DNA of 27,080 bases, taken from assembly GCA_016931665.1 (NCBI GenBank), contig JAFGEH010000139.1, positions 1 through 27,080 of the forward strand, read 5' to 3'. This stretch comes from Candidatus Cloacimonadota bacterium (lineage in GTDB: Bacteria; Cloacimonadota; Cloacimonadia; Cloacimonadales; TCS61). The translations under genes and the position numbers were made by a program. Positions 16,967 through 25,277 of this stretch are shown here, one piece after another. The notes below the pieces were generated by a model, which was not told where the DNA came from, did not search any database, and saw only the letters and a program-made list of their open reading frames with translations. Every line of letters starts with the position of its first letter. Position 1 is the first letter of the stretch.

Positions 16967-17776
16967 TTCAAATCCCTGATTGAAATCCCTGATCAGATTA
17001 CTATTATAATTCTCAATACCGTAAACGGCTTGTTTAATTGAAATCAGATAAATCCCGGCAGTGAAGGCTGAAGCCACCAGTCCGCTGCCGATGTGGCCAT
17101 CGCTGAACCCATCATAAGCAGCATATCCAAACAGTGTTGCCAGGAAAAAATAGGCCATGCCGGTTCCTGTCTGCCCGGCATAGATATTCCCACCTCCCGG
17201 GAATAATACTCCCAGCAAAATTGCATTATCGGGATTTCTATAAGGCAAAGGAAGGCCAAAATCCAGCTTCTCTCTGAAACTGTTTGTTAGGGGTCGCAAT
17301 TTTTCATTGCTTACTGCATCAATTTTACTCCGAGCCAGATCATATTCTTGTAAATGAATATAGTTAACTGCCGAAAGAAGGTACAAACTGTCCTGCAAAG
17401 AAACATCATATTGAGAAAATCGGGATGAAATAAATTCATTGGATTCCCGGTAAGACCCGTTTTTCATTTGCAGTAAGGCCATCTGATAGAAAATTTGAGA
17501 ATCATCTGGAGCGATTGTTTCCGCCAGGGATAGGCTTTCCAGCGCTTGGGTATAATCTCCTGCCAGTTCATAACACCTGGCAATCATGATGGATTTGCTT
17601 TGCAGGTTGCTCTCGGTAGGAAAATATGATATTAATCTCCTGTATTCCCTGATGGCTCCCTGATAATCTCCAGCCTTCATCAGTTCCTGGGCAAACTGGT
17701 TGATCCTCACATATTCATTGGCAGATAATAACAAACACATCAACAATACAACAGAAGTCGCTATCAGCTTATTCAA
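16964..17776 (-). CDS. Exported TPR-repeat protein with a hydrophobic Gly-rich C-terminal (TM2-like) segment
   Basis: Signal peptide; TPR-like repeats (GDYQGAIREY, GDYTQALESL, GSYRESNEF); C-terminal LLGVLFPGGGNIYAG…. Confidence 0.75.
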   Translation of the reverse strand: MNKLIATSVVLLMCLLLSANEYVRINQFAQELMKAGDYQGAIREYRRLISYFPTESNLQSKSIMIARCYELAGDYTQALESLSLAETIAPDDSQIFYQMALLQMKNGSYRESNEFISSRFSQYDVSLQDSLYLLSAVNYIHLQEYDLARSKIDAVSNEKLRPLTNSFREKLDFGLPLPYRNPDNAILLGVLFPGGGNIYAGQTGTGMAYFFLATLFGYAAYDGFSDGHIGSGLVASAFTAGIYLISIKQAVYGIENYNSNLIRDFNQGFE

Positions 17777-17787
17777 TATAACCGCCT

Positions 17788-18126
17788 TTACTGCCCTGTA
17801 AGCAGTTGCCTGATCTCTGCTAACTGTTTTTTAATCCTTAACCTGACTTCACCTTTTTCGGAAGTGAAATCCAATTCAATCTGAGGCTGTGTTTTCTGCC
17901 CTTCACGTAACTTCTTTCTCACACCCTCGATAGTATATTTCTGAACATAAAGCATGTACTTAATCTTCTTTATAAGTTCTATATCTTCAGGATTGTAACG
18001 GCGGATGCGGCCAAACCTTTTCTGGGGATGGATCTGGGGAAATTCTTTTTCCCAGTATCTCAGGACATGAGCTTTCAACTCCAGCAGATTACATACCTCG
18101 CCGATAGTATAATAAAATTTCTTCAT
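17788..18126 (-). CDS. MerR-family HTH transcriptional regulator (short, DNA-binding-only type)
   Basis: YYTIGEVCNLLELKAHVLRYWEKEF…RRY…YTIEG. Confidence 0.92.
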   Translation of the reverse strand: MKKFYYTIGEVCNLLELKAHVLRYWEKEFPQIHPQKRFGRIRRYNPEDIELIKKIKYMLYVQKYTIEGVRKKLREGQKTQPQIELDFTSEKGEVRLRIKKQLAEIRQLLTGQ

Positions 18127-19625
18127 TTCAACTTACTCATGTTACAAGCAACGATAATTATCATCAATCCTGCCATTATCACAAAAAACACTGGAAAATG
18201 ACGGAAGTATTTTGTAAAGAAAGAATCAAAGGGTACCGTTTCCACCTGATAATCAATAACCTCTTTTTCATAGAGAGAGGTTTTTCGCTCGATTCTTCCA
18301 GTGGGTGAAACAATAAGTGAATAGCCGGTATTTGCAGCCCTGAATATCTGTTTTCTGGTCTCAACAGCTCTTAATCTGGTCATCATGGCATGTTGATATG
18401 TGCCGGCTGACCTTTTAAACCAGGCATCATTGGTAATATTTACCAGAAAATCTACTCCCGGTTCCGATATCTGTCCTGTAAGTTCAGGAAAAGCTATCTC
18501 AAAACATATTAACGGGGAAAATGTCTTATGATTAACAGTCTCAAAATAGACGGGTTCCTTACCGTATTCAAAATTGGCCTGACCCAGCTGAACCTGCCAG
18601 AGAAAAGGGAATAATTTTAAAAAAGGCATCCTTTCGCCGAAGGGAACCAGGATAATCTTGTAATAGGGTCTGGATATGCTACCGTCTGTTTTAAACAGAG
18701 AAGCTGAATTATAAAATTTGAATGGTTCGGGATGATTTTCGCCGGCCTTTTCATAGTGCGGGAACCCGGTAAAAATATCGGTGTCAACCTCCCGGCAGAG
18801 ATTCAGCAGGAAATGCTGATACTGGTATTGACGCATCAGATATACTGGCAGTGCTGATTCGGGCCAGATTATAAGTGATGGCTTCCTTTCGGCCGCCTTG
18901 AAAGTGTATTCTCTGTACAATTCCAGGGTGCTGTCCAGAAAAGCAGGATCCCATTTCAAATCCTGGGGAACGCTTACCTGCACAATAGCTATCTTATCAG
19001 CTGATTTGTCAATAGGCATATTGCTCAGCCTGACTGCTCCAAATCCTGCCCAACAGCCTAAAATAACCAGAACAGCAATCAGGAATGTTCTGCTTCCTTT
19101 TAACCCGCAGAACAAAAAATAGTTTACTATAATAACTAAAAATGAAAGCAGATATACTCCGCCTATTTCTGCCAATTGAATAAAGGGAAGATAATCAGCC
19201 AGGGAATAGCCAAGGTTGAACCAAGGAAACCGAAATTCGCCAAAATTCTGCAGATATTCAAAACTCATCCAGAATGCCATGAAAGCAGGAAGCAACAGAA
19301 AACGGTGCACGCGCACTGTAATATTGATAAGATAGAATAAAATCAGAAAATATAAAGAGAAGACCAGGATCAGTCCGATAAATCCCGGCCAGGTCACCAG
19401 GCTGATCCAATGCAGGCTGATCATGGTATATAAAAAGCTGAAGACTAGGGCGCCGGTCAGCGTCTGTTTAAGTGATAAAGGACGGGAAAGAAATCCTAAA
19501 AGCGGTAGCAAAGCCGGAAAAACCAGGAATCCCAGATGCAGGGGAAGCCTGCTGACAGCCAATAAGCAGGCTGTGACAGCAGGTTCGTAAAAATATGGTT
19601 GTTTTAAAAAATTACTTATTTTCAT
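18123..19625 (-). CDS. lnt: Apolipoprotein N-acyltransferase
   Basis: N-terminal TM domain with FPWFNLGYS; nitrilase triad WPESA / YYKIILVPFGE / LICFEIAF; NITNDAWF, RAVE and RAANTGYS. Confidence 0.96.
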   Translation of the reverse strand: MKISNFLKQPYFYEPAVTACLLAVSRLPLHLGFLVFPALLPLLGFLSRPLSLKQTLTGALVFSFLYTMISLHWISLVTWPGFIGLILVFSLYFLILFYLINITVRVHRFLLLPAFMAFWMSFEYLQNFGEFRFPWFNLGYSLADYLPFIQLAEIGGVYLLSFLVIIVNYFLFCGLKGSRTFLIAVLVILGCWAGFGAVRLSNMPIDKSADKIAIVQVSVPQDLKWDPAFLDSTLELYREYTFKAAERKPSLIIWPESALPVYLMRQYQYQHFLLNLCREVDTDIFTGFPHYEKAGENHPEPFKFYNSASLFKTDGSISRPYYKIILVPFGERMPFLKLFPFLWQVQLGQANFEYGKEPVYFETVNHKTFSPLICFEIAFPELTGQISEPGVDFLVNITNDAWFKRSAGTYQHAMMTRLRAVETRKQIFRAANTGYSLIVSPTGRIERKTSLYEKEVIDYQVETVPFDSFFTKYFRHFPVFFVIMAGLMIIIVACNMSKLK

Positions 19626-20430
19626 AAACAGCTAATGCCAGTATAAGACTATGCTCACTATAAAGAATCAGATAACTGTTTTTCAGATAGAATCCTTCCC
19701 ATCTCTCAGTTGACGGGAAAAAACGTTTCCCTGTGCCCACTTCCAGCAGGTAATTATCAATCAACTCTATACTGTCAGATTCTGTTTGCTGACAATAACC
19801 CGGATTAGAGCCGAGATATTTCCCCATCATACTGAAAATGATCGAAACATTATTCACGGCTTCATATATCTGCACCAGATTGTCTGTGATAATCAAGTGT
19901 GATGGATCAAATAAATGGAATTTGCCAAAGCTGGATTTTTCCAGATATGTGAAAGGATCTATCTGAACTATCTCTCCCCTTTCAGCATCAAAATAGAATA
20001 TGCTTCCATCCTTGCCAACATCCAGCAGTAATGCCCTCACTTTTTCAGGCAGGGTAAGGTCTGCTATCCATTTCCCATCCTGATCATATTTCCTGATTAC
20101 TTTTCCGGTAGTATCCAGAGCCAGCAACTTTCCATCTTGAGTAAGAGCGATATCACTCAATTGCATAAAGCTGGAATTACCCGGTCCTGATCCTCCTATC
20201 GTATTGAATTTCCGGCCATTTTTGTAAAAATGAACCAGATTACTATGCTTTTCTGAAATATATATTGTCTCATGAAATGGGGAATACAGGCATTTATCTA
20301 TTGTAAAAGGAAATTCTGCCTGGTATAATAAAGCAAAATTCCAGGGATTACCTCTACCTGTATGAGGAACATCAGCACAAGCAGTCAACAGAAATAAGAT
20401 TAACAATGATATGATTCTGTTAATGCTCAA
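19612..20430 (-). CDS. Lipoprotein with NHL-like / 6-bladed beta-propeller repeats
   Basis: Lipobox LTAC; NHL-like IGGSGPGNSSFMQLSDIALTQDGKLLALDT…IRKYDQDGKWI. Confidence 0.75.
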   Translation of the reverse strand: MSINRIISLLILFLLTACADVPHTGRGNPWNFALLYQAEFPFTIDKCLYSPFHETIYISEKHSNLVHFYKNGRKFNTIGGSGPGNSSFMQLSDIALTQDGKLLALDTTGKVIRKYDQDGKWIADLTLPEKVRALLLDVGKDGSIFYFDAERGEIVQIDPFTYLEKSSFGKFHLFDPSHLIITDNLVQIYEAVNNVSIIFSMMGKYLGSNPGYCQQTESDSIELIDNYLLEVGTGKRFFPSTERWEGFYLKNSYLILYSEHSLILALAVYENK

Positions 20431-22138
20431 AATGGATATCCTTCAGTTTTCCCTGAATAGTGGTTCTGCCCTGCCAGGTATTGAATTCCAGAGAATAGGC
20501 AATATCGATAACTGATCCCTTTTTAAGAAATGGCAGAAAATCTCCCAGATTAAATCCGATCAGATCAAGTACACACCCGTCTTTCATTACTTTTAATTTC
20601 AGATGATTCTTTCCAACATTATAGGGAAATCCCACGATCATTACTTTTTCCGTATAGAAGGTCGGACGCAGGTTCCCGGGTCCGAAGGGAGCAAATTTGT
20701 TCAGCCATTCCAAGAGATGTTCATTAATCTCATATAATTCGAGCTTGTTTTCCACTGTTAAGGGGGGTATCAACTCATCTTTACTTAAATGTTCCAGTAC
20801 GTATTTATTCAGGCGGTTTTCAAACATGTCCAAATATTCGGACAAAATTGAAAGCCCGGCTGCATATTTATGACCCCCGAAAGTTTCCAGGTTCTCTTCC
20901 ACGGAAGTTAGCGCTTCAAAGAGGTCGAATCCTGAAATACTGCGGCCGGAACCGCTGCCAATACCGTCTTTGAAAGTAATCATGATGGTGGGCCGATAAT
21001 ACTTCTCCACCAATTTTGAAGCAACAATTCCTATTACTCCGGGATGCCAGTCATCGGAGGAGATAACGATACAACCAGTTTCATCCAGGTTATGATATTT
21101 TTTCTCAATTATTTCACAGGCTTCCTGAAAAGTTTTCTGATCGATCTGCTGCCGTAATGAATTTTCCCTTTCTATGATCTCGGCCAGCTCCATGCTTTTT
21201 TCTTCCTCGGTAGCCACCATCAGTTCCACTGCTCTCAGAGCGCTTCCCATCCTGCCGGCAGCATTTATCCGGGGAGCTATACCGAAAACAATATCTGCCG
21301 AATTCAACTCCTTTTGGGACAGCCCGGCCAGGTTAATCAGGGCATTAAGCCCGATATTCTGTTTCTTGACTAATCTTTCCAGACCAATGCTGGCAAAAAT
21401 CCTGTTTTCACTGATCAGGGGTACAATATCTGCAATTGTCCCCAGTGCGACCAGATCCACATATTTATCGATGTAATCCTGAGAATCCACTCCCATTCGG
21501 TTATAAACGGCCATAAGTAATTTATAAGCAACGCCGACTCCTGCCAGTTCCTTGAAAGGATAATTACATTCAGAAATCCGGGGATTAATAATAGCATAAG
21601 CTTCTGGAATATTATCCTTGGGATTATGATGATCCGTTACAATAATGTCGATACCCAGCTGGTTTATCTGTTTCACCTCATCGATAGCATTAATCCCGCA
21701 ATCGACACTGATAATCAGCTTTGTTCCATTCTCTACTATCTGATCTATTCCACTCAGGGAAAGGCCATAGCCATCGATCATCCTGTGAGGTATATAATAA
21801 TCGACTATGGCATTGATTTTCCTTAACCCCAGGTACAACAGCGCAGTAGAAGTTGTTCCATCAACATCATAATCTCCATAAATGGTTATATTTTCCATTT
21901 TGCGGATGGCAGTGACAATCCTGTCTGCCGCCAGATCCATATCCTTGAAGAGAAAGGGATCAAATACATCGTCCAGTTTGGGGTTGAAGAATTTATTGAT
22001 ATTCTCGATATCTGTCAACTGCTTGCGGACTAACATTTCGGCAATCATTTCCGGACATTTAATATCAGAAGCGATCAGTTTTTTCTGTTCTTCCTGTTCG
22101 GCGGTAAGTGGTTCTTCCATCCTCCATCTTTTCTGCAT
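20420..22138 (-). CDS. recJ: Single-stranded-DNA-specific exonuclease RecJ
   Basis: IYGDYDVDG, GYGLS, VTDHH, GTIADIVPL, APRINAAGRM, WHPGVIGIVASK, GSGRS, FGGHKYAAG and PFGPGN. Confidence 0.98.
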   Translation of the reverse strand: MQKRWRMEEPLTAEQEEQKKLIASDIKCPEMIAEMLVRKQLTDIENINKFFNPKLDDVFDPFLFKDMDLAADRIVTAIRKMENITIYGDYDVDGTTSTALLYLGLRKINAIVDYYIPHRMIDGYGLSLSGIDQIVENGTKLIISVDCGINAIDEVKQINQLGIDIIVTDHHNPKDNIPEAYAIINPRISECNYPFKELAGVGVAYKLLMAVYNRMGVDSQDYIDKYVDLVALGTIADIVPLISENRIFASIGLERLVKKQNIGLNALINLAGLSQKELNSADIVFGIAPRINAAGRMGSALRAVELMVATEEEKSMELAEIIERENSLRQQIDQKTFQEACEIIEKKYHNLDETGCIVISSDDWHPGVIGIVASKLVEKYYRPTIMITFKDGIGSGSGRSISGFDLFEALTSVEENLETFGGHKYAAGLSILSEYLDMFENRLNKYVLEHLSKDELIPPLTVENKLELYEINEHLLEWLNKFAPFGPGNLRPTFYTEKVMIVGFPYNVGKNHLKLKVMKDGCVLDLIGFNLGDFLPFLKKGSVIDIAYSLEFNTWQGRTTIQGKLKDIHFEH

Positions 22139-22198
22139 AATTTGCCTCTAATTTTATTTTTTACTAAAATATTTAACCATGAAGAGAAAAAATAATTG

Positions 22199-22580
22199 TC
22201 GAAGAGGATGATAAGCCGAATTCTGTTGACTGCTTAACAGGCAGCCTAATGTCTATTTCTCTAAATCGGATATTGCTATTCCCCAACGAGATCATACATG
22301 ACCGATTCAAGCTGCCTACCCCGGGATGAAACGAACCGGGCCAGTTCACATCCCTGTATTTGGCATTGCACCGGATAAGGCTTTCCGAGCATCCCGGTTC
22401 ACACCGGAACCTGGTGGTCTCTTACACCACCTTTTCACCCTTACCCCGGTTATCCGGGGCGGTTTGTTTCTGTGGAGCTTGCTCCCCATTACTGAGGCTT
22501 CCCGTTAGGAAGTATCCTGCCCTACGGTGTTCGGACTTTCCTCCTGATCCTTGATCAGGCAGACATTTAATCCTCTCCGA
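22199..22580 (-). ncRNA. rnpB: RNase P RNA, bacterial type A
   Basis: Minus strand carries GAGGAAAGUCCGAAC, CUAACG, ACAGAAAC, GGUAAGGGUGAAAAGGUGGUGUAAGAGACCACC, CAAUGCCAAAUA and ACAGAAUUCGGCUUAU. P1 (UCGGAGAGGAU/AUCCUCUUCGA), P2 (AAUGUCU/AGACAUU) and P3 pair. Confidence 0.98.
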
Positions 22581-22613
22581 CAATTATTCTCCGCATAGTG
22601 CACTCTTTCCGAA

Positions 22614-22642
22614 AATTTAGCTCTCTTCCGCTTTATTGACAA
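22614..22642 (-). promoter_or_regulatory. Candidate rnpB promoter within the 3' end of the zinc-ribbon gene
   Basis: TTGTCA (22642-22637), 17-nt spacer, TAAATT (22619-22614), about 30 nt upstream of mature P1. Confidence 0.55.
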
Positions 22643-23330
22643 TTATGCGTCCACAATTTTCACAATATACTATATGATTCCCTTCATTTATCTCGATTAT
22701 CATTTGAGGCCGAATATGATATCCACAACCACCACATACTTCGTTCAGTTTGAAAACTAACGCCTTCCGCTGCTTATTCTTAATTAAAGCAGCATAACGT
22801 TTAATCAATGGCTTGGGAAGTTCCTCAGCCAGATTATTTCTTTTATTTCTTAAGATATTTATATCCTGTTGAACTTCCTCCAGTTTTCTCTGCAACCGTT
22901 CCTGATTAGCTTTTAGTTTCTCATCAGCCTGCTTCTGGAGGTTCTCAATGACTTGCTGATTATCCCGTATTTCTACTTCCTTCTCCATTAAATCAATTAT
23001 TTCGTCGTCAATTTCAACATTGCTGGTTTCAAGATGGCTAATTTCACTATTCAGGGCTTTGTATTCCTTGTTCGTTTTGATGGTAAGCAACTGGTTCTTG
23101 TATTTGCCTATCTTCTCATTGTTCTCTTTAATTTTAAGCTCTTTGAGTTTCTGGTCCTTCAGGTTTTCTTCGAGTTTTGACCTGATCTCATGGAGTTGCT
23201 GGTCTGCAGATTCAACATTGTGTTTTAGGCTGCTCAGTTCATGAGGTAATGATTCGGTTAAGATTTCTTTTTCTCCAATAATATCATCAAGTTTCTGCAT
23301 TTCCAATAATATTTCCAGATCTTTCAGCAT
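22617..23330 (-). CDS. Coiled-coil C4-type zinc-ribbon protein (zf-RING_7; HP0958/FlgZ and CT398-like)
   Basis: LQxLD-like N-terminus, long coiled coil with TNKEYKALNSEI, and CGGC…CENCGRI. Confidence 0.92.
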   Translation of the reverse strand: MLKDLEILLEMQKLDDIIGEKEILTESLPHELSSLKHNVESADQQLHEIRSKLEENLKDQKLKELKIKENNEKIGKYKNQLLTIKTNKEYKALNSEISHLETSNVEIDDEIIDLMEKEVEIRDNQQVIENLQKQADEKLKANQERLQRKLEEVQQDINILRNKRNNLAEELPKPLIKRYAALIKNKQRKALVFKLNEVCGGCGYHIRPQMIIEINEGNHIVYCENCGRIIVNKAEES

Positions 23331-23352
23331 TCACTCTCCCATCTATATTTTT

Positions 23353-23392
23353 AAAACAAAAAAAGCATTTATCGTTTGATAAATGCTTTTTT
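23353..23392 (-). terminator. Intrinsic terminator hairpin (symmetrical, could act on both strands)
   Basis: Perfect 15-bp inverted repeat AAAAAAGCATTTATC-gttt-GATAAATGCTTTTTT (23359-23392); minus-strand U-tract UUUUUUUGUUUU. Confidence 0.8.
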
Positions 23393-23472
23393 AAATTTCA
23401 AGCAAAGCTCCACTTGGATTTTTCAAAGTTTCCCTTTTCACTCTCTATAACCTTTCTTTTTATTTGCTTTCA

Positions 23473-23501
23473 ATTAGTTTTTTCCGGTGTTTTTTTGTCA
23501 A
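23473..23501 (-). promoter_or_regulatory. Candidate promoter overlapping the fapA stop codon
   Basis: TTGACA (23501-23496), 17-nt spacer, ACTAAT. Confidence 0.5.
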
Positions 23502-24745
23502 CCCCCATTTCTCTCTGATTCGTTTGACTGCCAATTGAATTTAAACGAGGACTGATCTTGAATAATTACATGCTTCTGATTAAAAATATAGAGGTTTGTT
23601 CCTTTCATAATTTTCTGATCTGCTTTGATAAAATACTGAGTAGAAGAGGTGACAGGAAATTTTTCATAGCTGTTTAAAAGTTCATTTTCCAAAATCTCTG
23701 TTTCCTTGTGATCAGGAATCACTTCCTTTCTCTTCTGTGTTTTTTTTGATTCTGAGATACTTTCTGCCTGAATATGCCATTTCCTTTTCAGGAATGGCTT
23801 TATCGTGATCTCAACTTCGGTGTATTCATTCTGGTTCCCCCCCAGACATCCGATATTGACACTTCGACCACACTGGGTCAAACCTCCACTGATAACAGCT
23901 TCTCTGCTCCCGGAAATATCCAGTGCCGCCAGCAGATGGCAATTTCTGGCAGTTGAATGAACTTTAATTGATTTCCCGCTGGCAATCCTGGAGTTTTCAG
24001 CCTTAAGCAATTCTATATTGCCCGTGGCTGTGATCCAGTTCTTAAGGCAATTTCTTATCTCACCCTGGATCTTCAAATTGCCGGAAACCTCTAACGAGGA
24101 ATTTTCTATATCACCAATAACAGTAAGGTCTGACCAGATAAAAATTTTGGAATTATCGATATCTCCTCTATAGATCAAGTTGGAGCAGATGTGAAATCTC
24201 CCTGTCTCATCCCGCCAAGGATAACCCGAATTCCGGGAAATTATCCCATTACTAGCAGGATCGAAGTCAACTCCTTCTCCCAGATAGAGTGAAACCAAAT
24301 GTTTTTTAATTGTATCGAATCCGGTGATATCACCGAAAATATCATGATATTCAACATCGGATTCGAATTTGGGAAAACTAACACCGGCCAGAACCGTATC
24401 GCTGGGGATAGTAATTAATTCTGCCAGTTTATTTATCTCTATCTCTCCAGAATCGCCCGGAACTGCATGATTATCGATTTTAGATGTAATCTCAATTTGT
24501 TCGGGAAAATCCCCTTGGGCCAGCAGAAACGGCTTGGCAAATACTGCTTCCTGATTATTCTGCTGGCGTTTCCCAGCGGCCAGATCAAATCCTTTTTTTA
24601 TTCCCGCAGCTGTGATCAGATCAAGGATTTCCTTCTCCGAAATTATCCCGTTGTCATTAATTGTGAGGAAAGCAGTCAGTTTATCGGCACTGATTTCCAG
24701 CACTAACTTATCGTCTGGATCAGTAAAGGTTCTATTTTTATTCAT
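23498..24745 (-). CDS. FapA / DUF342 family protein
   Basis: FapA_N-like [13 protein letters not shown]…[16 protein letters not shown], and beta-helical repeats (GDLTVIGDI-like, [16 protein letters not shown]). Start placed at ATG 24745, which overlaps the upstream stop (ATGAATAA). Confidence 0.82.
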   Translation of the reverse strand: MNKNRTFTDPDDKLVLEISADKLTAFLTINDNGIISEKEILDLITAAGIKKGFDLAAGKRQQNNQEAVFAKPFLLAQGDFPEQIEITSKIDNHAVPGDSGEIEINKLAELITIPSDTVLAGVSFPKFESDVEYHDIFGDITGFDTIKKHLVSLYLGEGVDFDPASNGIISRNSGYPWRDETGRFHICSNLIYRGDIDNSKIFIWSDLTVIGDIENSSLEVSGNLKIQGEIRNCLKNWITATGNIELLKAENSRIASGKSIKVHSTARNCHLLAALDISGSREAVISGGLTQCGRSVNIGCLGGNQNEYTEVEITIKPFLKRKWHIQAESISESKKTQKRKEVIPDHKETEILENELLNSYEKFPVTSSTQYFIKADQKIMKGTNLYIFNQKHVIIQDQSSFKFNWQSNESERNGG

Positions 24746-25136
24746 CTCGGACCAGATTCTCTTTAATGAAATCAATCACTTCATGGGATGAAGTTCCCGG
24801 GGTAAAGATAGCTTTGAATCCTTTGGATTTGAGAAAAGCGATATCTTCCTCAGGTATTACGCCACCTCCAAAAAGCAGGATATCTCTTACTCCTTTTTCT
24901 TCAAGAAGTTGGGCAACTTTGGGAAAAAGGAAATTATGCGCACCTGAAAGTAAACTGAGCCCGATGATATCAACATCTTCCTGAATGGCTGCATTAACAA
25001 TCTGCTCCGGTGTCTGCCTGATGCCTGTATAAATCACTTCCATGCCGGCATCCCGCAGGGCTCTGGCAATATATTTGGCACCGCGGTCATGCCCATCCAG
25101 ACCCGGCTTGGCAATCATGACTCTGATTTTTTTCAT
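24738..25136 (-). CDS. Stand-alone cobalamin-binding subunit of a methylmalonyl-CoA-mutase-type enzyme (MCM C-terminal domain)
   Basis: [13 protein letters not shown] (DxHxxG), [26 protein letters not shown] and IFTPGT. Start placed at ATG 25136 (GAAGGA SD). Confidence 0.94.
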   Translation of the reverse strand: MKKIRVMIAKPGLDGHDRGAKYIARALRDAGMEVIYTGIRQTPEQIVNAAIQEDVDIIGLSLLSGAHNFLFPKVAQLLEEKGVRDILLFGGGVIPEEDIAFLKSKGFKAIFTPGTSSHEVIDFIKENLVRDE

Positions 25137-25212
25137 AATATCCTTCATTTTTTTTAAACATCTTTTTCTCTGAGAATTACCAGTCAATATTTTTTTGACC
25201 CCAATTCATTTA

Positions 25213-25241
25213 TTGACACAAACTCCCTGCTCCAGATTTAT
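25213..25241 (+). promoter_or_regulatory. Candidate purA promoter
   Basis: TTGACA (25213-25218), 17-nt spacer, ATTTAT; AAGGGGGTG SD. Confidence 0.45.
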
Positions 25242-25277
25242 TTTCTTAATGGTAAAACCATAAGGGGGTGATGAATT

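Noticed and set aside
23391-23470. c-di-GMP-I, purine, T-box or cobalamin riboswitch in the zinc-ribbon leader
   Set aside because: A GAAA-capped stem is present, but the conserved cores (GACGCAAAG, T-box AAnnnGGUGG, B12 box) are not.
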